The translations under genes were made by a program, and so were the position numbers. This document shows positions 1 through 11,214 of a stretch of 64,000 bases of DNA, in pieces. Source of the stretch: Nemertoderma westbladi (Eukaryota > Animalia > Xenacoelomorpha); the NCBI GenBank assembly GCA_032718475.1, contig JAUCBJ010008848.1, positions 1 through 64,000 on the forward strand. The letters run 5' to 3'. Every line of letters starts with the position of its first letter. The first letter of the stretch is position 1. The notes below the pieces were generated by a model. That model did not search any database and was not told where the DNA came from. It saw only the letters and a list, made by a program, of their open reading frames with translations.

Positions 1-268
1 TAAATAAAACTTGACAGAAATAAGTAAAATCTCAATAAAAAACCAGGGCGGCCGTTCCCTGATTAAATACTAAGACCTACCGGTATACAACTATCAAAAT
101 CGAATAATACTGCTGTACCTGTACTGCTGTAGGTACCGGTCCGGGTGGTTAGGTAGTCAGGCCTACTGGTACCGGTTCTGGCAGTTGGGCCTACTGACCT
201 ACAGATGTACCGGTTGACCGGTACTTTCAACTTTATTGCTTACTGCAATAAGAAGCTATATCCTTTAA

Positions 269-1514
269 TGTTCGCGCTTTCAGACCTTTGGCAGTTTAAC
301 CCACCAAATTAAGATGTCTTCTAGATATTAAATCTGTTTTTAGTCTATGACAAGTATTTGATTCACTACACTAGTCGAAACCAATCCGTGCGCGACCATT
401 CACCCGCTGGATATTCCCGGGAGATTGGGTTCGACGGTTTAATTTTATTGCTATGTAAGCCTAATGTATTATTCGACTGACAGTATTATATAATCTCTGA
501 CAATATTATTTACCTTCGGGAATATTAACAGTTCCTTTAGGACGTGGCGCTTTACCTATATAAACAGAGTTATGACTTAAACTACTCACAACGATATGGC
601 TTAATTATAATTCACATATATGGCGCATTCTTTAGGAATTGCTTCTTTAACAGACTCACTCATACACAATGCTGCACAATACTGCACACTAATCTGCCAA
701 TCTTCACTGATTTTAGTCACATATAAAAGGAACACAGGCTGACTCATGTAGGGTCTATCAAATAACATTAGATTCACTTCAAACCACTTTAACATAAGTC
801 ACAATCGTTTATCTGTAACCCTTCTCTCTTACCTTCGGTATATCAAGAACATTGGGTTTCGGGGTTGTTTATCGTTATTCCAAATATAATAATTCATCAA
901 CCATATTATGAAGAACTGACGGTAAATAGCAGTATAAAATAACTACTGAACACTGATTGTTATGAGTTTGCAATGTTTCAGCAGTCAGCATGTATGATCA
1001 TCAGTCAGCAGTAGTCGTTAGGTATGTTAAATTGCAGTTAAAGGATATATGCCCTTTATAATTAAACCTACTAGTGTAAGACTAAAAACTGTAAAGCACA
1101 AAATACTTCCAAGCCGTTCTTTCTTTGGCTCAGGACTGAATGTAAACACTGCACATAGGCATTGCGTCATTTCTCGGAAATTTTCTGTACAAGGAGCCAC
1201 AAAAACGCTCTCATTGGCTGACTGAACTGAGAGACGCCGTAGAACAAAGGAAATCAACACGTATGAATGTCAGCTGTTAACCGTAGTCATAGTAACTACT
1301 GTTCAAGAGTAGCTATCACCCTTTTGCGTCACGAATTGCCATAGAATCATAAAATATGCCTTTCACAGTACACATACGGAGGAAATAGGTCTTAGATCCT
1401 CTAAAAACACCGATACAGCAATAATAGGTCTCTTACACTTATTAAATCAACTACAGAGTATTTTAATGTAAAAGATAATAAAAATAACGGGGCAATTCAG
1501 CAAAGGCTTTTACA
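269..1514 (-). mobile_element. Solo-like LTR of a BEL/Pao family (related to LTR 57092-58259)
   Basis: Starts TGTTCGCGCTTT like 57092 and ends GCTTTTACA like 58251-58259. Collinear diverged similarity over about 269-950 vs 57092-57780 (e.g. CAGTTCCTTTAGGACGTGGCGCT in both). No TSD, PBS or PPT seen. Confidence 0.65.
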
Positions 1515-1931
1515 AAGTCAATAGATAATATTGTGCGTTGATGTTTCCTGATTGGATTATTTATTGTGGATTGTGCATGGGATGTTAGTTGGGACAACAC
1601 CAGGGTATTTAATAAATAATAAATCGATCACGCTATCCCCTTGAGGGGATATATATGTAGGAGTGCTGTCTGATGTCGTACAGATAAGTCCAAGGTTGAG
1701 TAGGTTATGTGACAGATCAGAACCACGTGAACCAGAGTCGAGTCTACAGTTAAAGTCACCCCCCAGGATTATAGTTAAGTCTGTTGTAGTGTAAGTGAGT
1801 GCGTCAGTAATTACCAGTAATATGTCGGCTACAGCTAAATCAGGGTGGAAGTATGCAACAATGAAGTATGCAGATATTGTGGGGCGAGCCACGAAGTGAG
1901 TGAGCCTTAGCGTAGTGGTACCATTAATCAA

Positions 1932-3459
1932 CCTGTCGTTCTGTCGTTCTGTCGTTCTGTCGTTCTGTCGTTCTGTCGTTCTGTCGTGTTCAATTTTAAA
2001 CGTTAATAACTCGGCCAATCTTTGATGAAATCTATCCAAACTTGGTACACATGTTGTTTGGCAAAAGTTTAGAAATTTTCCAAGTAGAATTTCCGTGTGG
2101 CCTTCGAGAAGCTAAGATAATAGCAGTTAATTAGTTAATTAAGTTGATTGCGGTGAAAACGCCATTTTCAACCTGCCTTTTAAAGGAAATTAATTGTTTT
2201 ACAGTATAAGATTTAAATAATTATACTTAAAAATTATACAGATATAATCCCCATACGCCATTCTATTATAGTTTTTAATTAGTTTAAGTGATTTGCTTTA
2301 ATAAATGTGTCTTTAATTGATGTAAACGTAATTAAACCGCACAATTATTGAGTACAAATTTAATCCTTCCCATTATTGGTCAAGTCTCTGCTGGTGTGGA
2401 GCTAGCTGCTGGGAGTTGTGGCTGTAGACTAACCTGAGAGGAATTGTAATAGAGGCAACCAGTATTGCTATTCCAGCCCAATCACTGAATTGTGTTTATT
2501 ATAGGCTGGACGGGCCGCATAACCGTTCGACTATTACTACTATTGCTATCTCAGTTAAATGACAGATATAATAACATAAATACAATCCATGGCATGGCTG
2601 TTGTAGGCTTCTGAAATAGTTTATTCCACAATGTATATGTCTGGTTATTTTTTAATTGAATTTTTGCAAAGTAGTAAAATTAATGTTCTTAAAAATAATA
2701 TTATTATTTTATATGTAACCTAGGAAATTAGCTACATTTTTTCGCTGCAGCTTTAAGAGTGTACATTGATTTAATATTATTTCAATACCCATATTACTAC
2801 ATCGGCATAAGATGCGTTGGCGTTGTATCACACATCTCCACATATCACACATCTCCACATAGATGTATCAACAGTTACTCGCACAGTTTCGAAACTTCGC
2901 ATAGTTATAACTGTATAAAGATCGTCAGTCTGCGTTTAGGAAAAATATTTTATGACAAAACAGGACAAGCGACGAGCGCAACGAGGCATATAATGAAGAC
3001 GAGTACTGCGTTGACTAAATTATTATAAAAACCACCTGGCTTCACATATTGATCGCATCCCTAGTTATTATTATTATAAAGATCGTCCTAGCTTGCGTTT
3101 AAGAAATATATTTAAATACAAAACAGGACGAACGCAAAGAGGCTTATAATGAAAACGAGTACTGCGTTTATTATATTCCTATAAACCACCTGGCTTTGCA
3201 TATTTAACGTGCGATTGGAAATAAGTTCGTGCTACCCTTCCGTGGGTGGTAGATGTCGCGGTTATGTATTGGTGGTTGGGAAGGGTGGGGGGGGGGGGGG
3301 AGATTAAAAGGGGTGAACACGTACTGTCCACCTTTCTTTGATTGATTGGTGGTGTGGGTAAATTTCTCAAAACCTGATTTTGTGATACAGTCGCTGCATT
3401 TTAATTTGTATATAATAACTAGGCCTCGTGCTGCGCGAAGTCCCCACGAACGTGTTTTT
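1932..3459. mobile_element. Non-autonomous Helentron/HINE (DINE-like) repeat inserted in the LINE endonuclease
   Basis: (TCGTTCTG)n microsatellite at 1932-1987, then a core TAACTC...AAACTTGGTACAC, and a terminal motif CTCGTGCTGCGCGAAG.CCCCACGAACGTGT followed by TTTT. The same terminal motif occurs at 5286-5316 and, inverted, at 14511-14540. Class assignment is inference. Confidence 0.5.
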
Positions 3460-3735
3460 ATAACTATAATCTACAGTTTGTACTATGAGAGAAGGGTTAA
3501 GTTGGGGTTTGCATAGAATCATTAGCCCCCCGGTCGGCCGACCACGGGCTGCTTGTGCGGCGGGCTGAATGAATGGGTAGTATCCGGGACAGTCAAACTG
3601 AGAGTCAGGGTACAGCGTCTCCGTTAGCAGCAGAACGTCGAAGTTGCCATATAGTTCGTCGTTTGTGAGATTCTCGTTGAGATACTTTAAACCCTCTACA
3701 TTCCATAGAGAAGTGTGTATGCTATTGGTAGTCTG

Positions 3736-4620
3736 TCAATGTGGGGTTGCGCTATCAGTACCGGTATTAACGGGGCCGAAAGTAACATTCGCAGATCCAG
3801 GATCGCTCTGGATGTTCAACGGCGCTCGTCGACGTAAACCGAGTTGTTCCCGTTCCTTGCCAGAGAGGCGGTAGTTCCTAATGGATATTCCCTCGTCCCA
3901 GGTCTCGGGGTTCATCAGCAGCGCTCGCTGTTCCTGACTGCAGATCAGATGGAAGCTCGCATACTGTGAATCGTCTCTGATGGGAATCGGGTTGATGCTC
4001 TCGAATGGAATCTCCTCGCTGTTTAGGTAGTTGGTGATAACTTCTCCAGTGACAGAAGGGTGCAGTCTGCCTACAAAGATATGTGCCCTGTTTGATTCCT
4101 CTGTGCGTTGTGGAGGATGGACCACCCGCAGTGGTCCACCTACCTTTGTGCCGCGGATTGTCGTTGGACGTTGGCGCGGTTGTCGCTGTGTCTGGGGTGA
4201 TTCGTTAAGATTAGTCGGCCGGGGTGCAGGATTATAAATCGTGTGTGTCGGTAGAGGCTGCCCGCTGAAGCGGCCAGGTGCTGGGCGTTGTTGGAACTGT
4301 TCGGTGGCGCCGGCTACAGAGCCTGCCAGGGCGGGCGATTGGACTTGTGTGGCGGTCCTGTGCACAGCGGTGCGATCATCAGAGACGTTACTTAAGGGGC
4401 CGCTAACAACAGAGCTCCATAGGCGGGGACCCTGAGGCGGATTTAGTTGGGAATAACTATTTTGGAGATTGTCGATCAGCTTGTTCTTGCTGGCTAGCGC
4501 TTCCTTCTGAGCATCGACCGCGGTTTGCCTTGCCTCGGCTATATCGCCCAATGCACTGGTGTATAAAGCAGTTAACGAAGATAATAGGTCTGTAACATGT
4601 TTCTCGTCGTCGTTAGACAC
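3736..4620 (-). CDS. LINE ORF1 protein (coiled coil plus RRM-like domain), 5' end replaced by a repeat
   Basis: ORF 3736..4716. The part above 4620 lies in the duplicated block 4621-5316 and is not ORF1. Confidence 0.65.
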   Translation of the reverse strand: MSNDDEKHVTDLLSSLTALYTSALGDIAEARQTAVDAQKEALASKNKLIDNLQNSYSQLNPPQGPRLWSSVVSGPLSNVSDDRTAVHRTATQVQSPALAGSVAGATEQFQQRPAPGRFSGQPLPTHTIYNPAPRPTNLNESPQTQRQPRQRPTTIRGTKVGGPLRVVHPPQRTEESNRAHIFVGRLHPSVTGEVITNYLNSEEIPFESINPIPIRDDSQYASFHLICSQEQRALLMNPETWDEGISIRNYRLSGKEREQLGLRRRAPLNIQSDPGSANVTFGPVNTGTDSATPH

Positions 4621-5316
4621 ACATTGATTTAATATTATTTCAATACCCATATTACTACATCGGCATAAGATGCGTTGGCGTTGTATCACACATCTCCATA
4701 TATCACACATCTCCACATAGATGTATCAACAGTTACTCGCACAGTTTCGAAACTTCGCATAGTTATAACTGTATAAAGATCGTCAGTCTGCGTTTAGGAA
4801 AAATATTTTATGACAAAACAGGACAAGCGACGAGCGCAACGAGGCATATAATGAAGACGAGTACTGCGTTGACTAAATTTTTATATAAACCACCTGGCTT
4901 CACATATTGATCGCATCCCTAGTTATTATTATTATAAAGATCGTCATAGCCTGCGTTTAAGAAATATATTTAAATACAAAACAGGACGAACGTAAAGAGG
5001 CTTATAATGAAAACGAGTACTGCGTTTATTATATTCCTATAAACCACCTGGCTTTGCATATTTAACGTGCGATTGGAAATAAGTTCGTGCTACCCTTCCG
5101 TGGGTGGTAGATGTCGCGGTTATGTATTGGTGGTTGGGAAGGGTGGGGGGGGGGGGGGGGGAGATTAAAAGGGGTGAACACGTACTGTCCCCCTTTCTTT
5201 GATTGATTGGTGGTGTGGGTAAATTTCTCAAAACCTGATTTTGTGATACAGTCGCTCAATTTTAATTTGTATCTAATAACTGGGCCTCGTGCTGCGCGAA
5301 GGCCCCACGAACGTGT
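4621..5316. repeat. Near-identical direct copy of 2763-3455 (about 690 bp)
   Basis: Sequences read almost identically, including the poly-G tract. Confidence 0.9.
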
Positions 5317-5319
5317 AGC

Positions 5320-5762
5320 CTTGTACACGGCCCATTCGGTTTAAAGCCTTGTACACGGCCAGTTCGGTTTAAAGCCTTGTTACACGGCCAGTTCGGTTTA
5401 TATGTAGGCTTGTACACGGCCAGTACGGTTTATATGTAGGCTTGTACACGGCCAGTTTGGTTTATATGTAGCCTTGTACACGGCCCATTCGCTTTAAAGC
5501 CTTGTACACGGCCAGTTCGGTTTATATGTAGGCTTGTACACGGCCAGTACGGTTTATATGTAGGCTTGTACACGGCCAGTTTGGTTTATATGTAGCCTTG
5601 TACACGGCCCATTCGCTTTAAAGCCTTGTACACGGCCAGTTCGGTTTAAAGCCTTGTTACACGGCCAGTTCGGTTTATATGTAGCCTTGTACACGGCCAG
5701 TTTGGTTTATATGTAGCCTTGTACACGGCCCATTCGGTTTAAAGCCTTGTACACGGCCAGTT
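5320..5762. repeat. Minisatellite, about 28-33 bp unit (CTTGTACACGGCCAGTTCGGTTTA(TATGT)AG)
   Basis: About 14 visible tandem copies. Confidence 0.9.
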
Positions 5763-5874
5763 CTGTTAGTTGACACAATAATTATCCCGGACATTCTTTC
5801 TTGCATCTTGCCCCTCTTCCTTGTAAGGCGGGAATTGTTGGACACACTATCCAACACCTGTTTGATCGCGTAAG

Positions 5875-6188
5875 CCCCGTTCACATCCAACAGTGCGTGA
5901 GCGGTAAAGTAGTCTAGCGGTATTGAAGCGGTAAGCCAGCGGTACACTACCCGGAGCCTGTTCACACCCAACGGTACCGTTACGGTAACTGATTGTCTAT
6001 CTGTGGACTGTGAATTCAACAGGAAATTAGGGGGTGTGTACATTAATTGTTTTAACATTGTTTAAATGGGCTGCGGTAAACCGCGCGGTTTAGCGCACAA
6101 CTACCTGTTGGGTCGTTCACAGTCAGCGGTGTACCGCTGGCCCTGCGGTACACCGCGCGGTGTACCGTTCCGTTGGATGTGAACGGGC
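5875..6188. mobile_element. MITE with 16-bp terminal inverted repeats (possibly PIF/Harbinger-type)
   Basis: CCCGTTCACATCCAAC (5876-5891) and its reverse complement GTTGGATGTGAACGGG (6172-6187). Palindrome-rich interior. No clear TSD. Confidence 0.5.
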
Positions 6189-6831
6189 CGCCGCCTTTAG
6201 ACAGCACAAGGACAGGACATCCAAAGATGGTATCAAACTAGACTGGCGCGAGTTGTTTAAATAAACTGTTCGCAATTGCTCAACTTATCACAGAGACCCC
6301 GTAACCATGCCCGTGGTACTAGTAGACTGGTTTGTTCACCTACCAATGCCCTTCATGTTTTTTAGCTATTGACTCTATTTTTATTTCGAAAAACAGTTGC
6401 TTTATAACTCACCTCCAATATAATTATGATTACTTATAATAATTTATTTATTTAATAATATAATTTATATACTAAATTAATTAATTGATTGCATATTACC
6501 TAATAAATAATAATAGTTTATAAATGGGTCTCTCTCTTCAAATATAATATTTGCACCTGCGATAGCCTTACCCTAACTACACCTGGACCAATAGCAACTA
6601 CCATAATTTATATATCGACAGTAATCCGAATCTAGTCTTTAGTCTTTGTCTTTCTGTTGAGGTTGTTTTTCACGAAGTAGTTGATACTTCTGTTTCAGTT
6701 CGCTACTGGTTCAGAATTCACTTTGCGACCTGTAAACATTAATATTGATTCATTAAAACTATATGGGATGCGGGGGCGAGGGGGGTTTCGTTTACCTGCT
6801 ACTTAACTTATACTATTACAACTTACTTTCA

Positions 6832-6964
6832 TTATATGTCCCAGCTAAATAGATGATGTTTTACAAGCATATCAGTAACCCCATCTTTTAGAGGCATTCC
6901 AGAAGTCGTCTTAACGGACAACTCCCAATCATCGCTTAGGTTGAATGCAAACGAACTCAGGATC
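6832..6964 (-). CDS. SGSM3: SGSM3 last coding exon (end of RUN domain)
   Basis: (R)[15 protein letters not shown]...[20 protein letters not shown] matches the SGSM3 C-terminus. T-rich acceptor TTTTTTAG| at 6965; phase 2 fits the previous exon. Confidence 0.93.
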
Positions 6965-7019
6965 CTAAAAAAAAACACAAAAATACATATTATATTAGTA
7001 AGTAAAGTTAAAAAGTTTT

Positions 7020-10000
7020 TATCCAAATGCCCTACACCCTCATCAAGAAGTGAAATGCCCTACACCCTCATCAAGAAGTGAAAATGTTTATATCAAAATG
7101 CCCTACACCCTCATCAAGAAGTTAAAAATGTTTATAACAAAATGCCCTACACCCTCACCAAGAAGTGAAAATGTTTATATCAAAATGCCCTACACTCTCA
7201 CCAAGAAGTGGAAATGTTTATATCAAAATGCCCTACACCCTCACCAAGAAGTGAAAATGTTTATATCAAAATGCCCTACACCCTCATCAAGAAGTTAAAA
7301 ATGTTTATAACAAAATGCCCTACACCCTCATCAAGAAGTGAAAATGTTTATATCAAAATGCCCTACACCCTCATCAAGAAGTTAAAAATGTTTATAACAA
7401 AATGCCCTACACCCTCACCAATAAGTTAAAATGTTTATATCAAAATGCCCTACACCCTCACCAAGAAGTTAAAATGTTTATATCAAAATGCCCTACACCC
7501 TCACCAAGAAGTTAAAATGTTTATATCAAAATGCCCTACACCCTCACCAAGAAGTTAAAATGTTTATATCAAAATGCCCTACACCCTCACCAAGTAGTTA
7601 AAAAGTTTATATCCAAATGCCCTACACCCTCACCAAGAATTAAACAGTTTATATACAAATGCCCTACACCCACACCAAAAAGTTAAAAAGTTTATATCCA
7701 AATGCCCTACACCCTCACCAAGAAGTTAAAAAAGTTTATATCTAAATGCCCTACACCCTCACCAAGAAGTTAAAAAAGTTTATATCCAAATGCCCTACAC
7801 CCTCACCAAGAAGTTTAAATGTTTATATCCAAATGCCCTACACCCTCACCAAGAAGTGAAAATGTTTATATCAAAATGCCCTACACCCTCATCAAGAAGT
7901 GAAAATGTTTATATCAAAATGCCCTACACCCTCATCAAGAAGTTAAAAATGTTTATAACAAAATGCCCTACACCCTCACCAATAAGTTAAAATGTTTATA
8001 TCAAAATGCCCTACACCCTCACCAAGAAGTTAAAATGTTTATAACAAAATGCCCTACACCCTCACCAATAAGTTAAAATGTTTATATCAAAATGCCCTAC
8101 ACCCTCACCAAGAAGTTAAAATGTTTATATCAAAATGCCCTACACCCTCACCAAGTAGTTAAAAAGTTTATATCCAAATGCCCTACACCCTCACCAAGAA
8201 TTAAACAGTTTATATACAAATGCCCTACACCCACACCAAAAAGTTAAAAAGTTTATATCCAAATGCCCTACACCCTCACCAAGAAGTTAAAAAAGTTTAT
8301 ATCTAAATGCCCTACACCCTCACCAAGAAGTTAAAAAAGTTTATATCCAAATGCCCTACACCCTCACCAAGAAGTTTAAATGTTTATATCCAAATGCCCT
8401 ACACCCTCACCAAGAAGTTAAAATGTTTATATCCAAATGCCCTACACCCTCACCAAGAAGTTAAACCGTTTATATCCAAATGCCCTACACCCTCACCAAG
8501 AAGTTAAAAAAGTTTATATCCAAATGCCCTACACCCTCACCAAGAAGTTTAAATGTTTATATCCAAATGCCCTACAGCCTCACCAAGAAGTTAAAAAAGT
8601 TTATATCTAAATGCCCTACACCCTTACCAAGAAGTTAAAAAAGTTTATATCCAAATGCCCTACACTCTCACCAAGAAGTTTAAATGTTTATATCCAAATG
8701 CCCTACACCCTCACCAAGAAGTTAAAATGTTTATATCCAAATGCCCTACACCCTCACCAAGAAGTTAAAAAAGTTTATATCCAAATGCCCTACACCCTCA
8801 CCAAGAAGTTTAAATGTTTATATCCAAATGCCCTACAGCCTCACCAAGAAGTTAAAAAAGTTTATATCTAAATGCCCTACACCCTCACCAAGAAGTTAAA
8901 AAAGTTTATATCCAAATGCCCTACACTCTCACCAAGAAGTTTAAATGTTTATATCTAAATGCCCTACACCCTCACCAAGAAGTTAAAAAAGTTTATATCC
9001 AAATGCCCTACACTCTCACCAAGAAGTTTAAATGTTTATATCCAAATGCCCTACACCCTCACCAAGAAGTTTAAATGTTTATATCCAAATGCCCTACACC
9101 CTCACCAAGAAGTTAAAAAAGTTTATATCTAAATGCCCTATACCCTCACCAAGAAGTTAAAATGTTTATATTCAAATGCCCTCCCTACACCCTCACCAAG
9201 AAGTTAAAAAAGTTAATATCTAAATGCCCTACACCCTCACCAAGAAGTTAAAAAAGTTTATATCCAAATGCCATACACCATCACCAAGAAATTAAAAAAG
9301 TTTATATCCAAATGCCCTACACCCTCACCAAGAAGTTAAAATGTTTATATTCAAATGCCCTACACCCTCACCAAGAAGTTAAAATGTTTATATTCAAATG
9401 CCCTACACCCTCACCAAGAAGTTAAAAACGTTATATCCAAATGCCCTACACCCTCACCAAGAAGTTTAAATGTTTATATCCAAATTCCCTCCCTACACCT
9501 TCACCAAGAAGTTAAAAAGTTTATATCCAAATGCCCTTCACCCTCACCAAGAAGTTAAAAATGTTTATATCCAAATGCCCTCCCTACACCCTCACCAAGA
9601 AGTTAAAAAGTTTATATCCAAATGCCCTTCACCCTCACCAAGAAGTTAAAAATGTTTATATCCAAATGCCCTACACCCTCACCAAGAAGTTAAAATGTTT
9701 ATATTCAAATGCCCTACACCCTCACCAAGAAGTTAAAATGTTTATATCCAAATGCCCTACACCCTCACCAAGTAGTTAAACAGTTTATATCCAAATGCCC
9801 TACACCCTCACCAAGAAGTTAAAAAAGTTTATATACAAATGCCCTACACCCTCACCAAGAAGTTAAAATGTTTATATCCAAATGCCCTACACCCTCACCA
9901 AGAAGTTAAAATGTTTATATCCAAATGCCCTACACCCTCACCAAGAAGTTAAACAGTTTATATCCAAATGCCCTACACCCTCACCAAGAAGTTAAAAAAG

Positions 10001-10357
10001 TTTATATACAAATGCCCTACACCCACACCAAGAAGTTAAACAGTTTATATCCAAATGCCCTACACCCTCACCAAGAAGTTAAAATGTTTATATCCAAATG
10101 CCCTACACCCTCACCAAGAAGTTAAACAGTTTATATTCAAATGCCCTACACCCTCACCAAGAAGTTAAAATGTTTATATCCAAATGCCCTACACCCTCAC
10201 CAAGAAGTTAAAATGTTTATATCCAAATGCCCTACACCCTCACCAAGAAGTTAAAATGTTTATATCCAAATGCCCTACACCCTCACCAAGAAGTTAAAAT
10301 GTTTATATCCAAATGCCCTACACCCTCACCAAGAAGTTAAAATGTTTATATCCAAAT
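7020..10357. repeat. Satellite array, about 44-45 bp unit AAATGCCCTACACCCTCACCAAGAAGTTAAAATGTTTATATCC, roughly 75 copies
   Basis: Directly visible tandem repeat with no spacers. Confidence 0.97.
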
Positions 10358-11214
10358 TAGGCTTAGCGTGCAGAATAGCTAACGTATTTAACGTAATTAA
10401 AGCCAAATCAAATTTTCAAAGTTTCTAATTACATTTAGATTTCCTTATTAAACCCCGCATTGATTAAATCCATTGGGCACACCCTCTCGTGTTACAAACC
10501 TTAGCTACAGCTAAATGCACCGGTAATTAGTAAGCCTTGGAAACGAATTACTTCTGGGTTACGGATCTGATAACATGTTGGATTCATTTCCTGCTTATTC
10601 TAATTATATTTACTATAGCAGAAAATAGAAATACAGTAGTAAGCTTAATGTACAGTAGATGATATGATTAGGCATAATCTTAATCAGTGGGTGGATAGAG
10701 GTATCATTCAGTAAATAAAGCAGAAACAAGCTCGAAGCTAACTTGCTTTTTGTCTACTGCTAGTAGACATTACTACTTATTTATTATTATTATTTTATTA
10801 ATATTGGCTTTTATTCCCGTATATGGATATATAAAGAGGAATATTATTAATGCACATCAAGCAATTAAAGTAAAAAGAAATGTATATGATTATAAAATAC
10901 GCTATGTAGATTAAGTTATATTACCGTGATCTATTAAAAATTTCAAAATATTAATTAAAATATGCACACTTTAAGAGCTAAAATCGAACCTATCATTAAG
11001 TACTATGATATTCAACAAGTTGGGACAGTTCATATAAGGCAGATATATAAAAACTATATATATGGCAGGAAATGAGTTCATATAATGATGCAGATATTAC
11101 AAAAATTAGAATTATACTAGTCAAATAAAAATTAAAACGGTATTTTCTAAAAAAAAAGATAATCAAAGTAAAACACGGTACTATGGCCGAAAAGATGTAA
11201 TAACAATATTGTTA

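Larger units (their letters stand above)
1557..4620 (-). mobile_element. Fragmented non-LTR retrotransposon (RTEX/L2-like): ORF1 plus APE endonuclease, interrupted by a repeat at 1932-3459, RT missing
   Basis: ORF1 C-terminus has an RRM-like LINE ORF1 motif (HIFVGRLHP...SFHL...PETWDEGISIRNY). APE N-terminus read manually at 3735-3460 (SLWNVEGL, LLLTET, GRPTGG). APE C-terminus at 1930-1557 (IILGGDFN, PTYIS..SVIDLLF). Confidence 0.75.

Noticed and set aside
2763-5316. LTR pair flanking a gag-like ORF
   Set aside because: No TG..CA ends, PBS or PPT, and the enclosed sequence is LINE ORF1/APE whose continuation lies outside (1557-1930).
7020-10357. CRISPR-like array and repeated small ORFs
   Set aside because: Contiguous tandem units without unique spacers, no cas genes, eukaryotic context; the ORFs are satellite translations.
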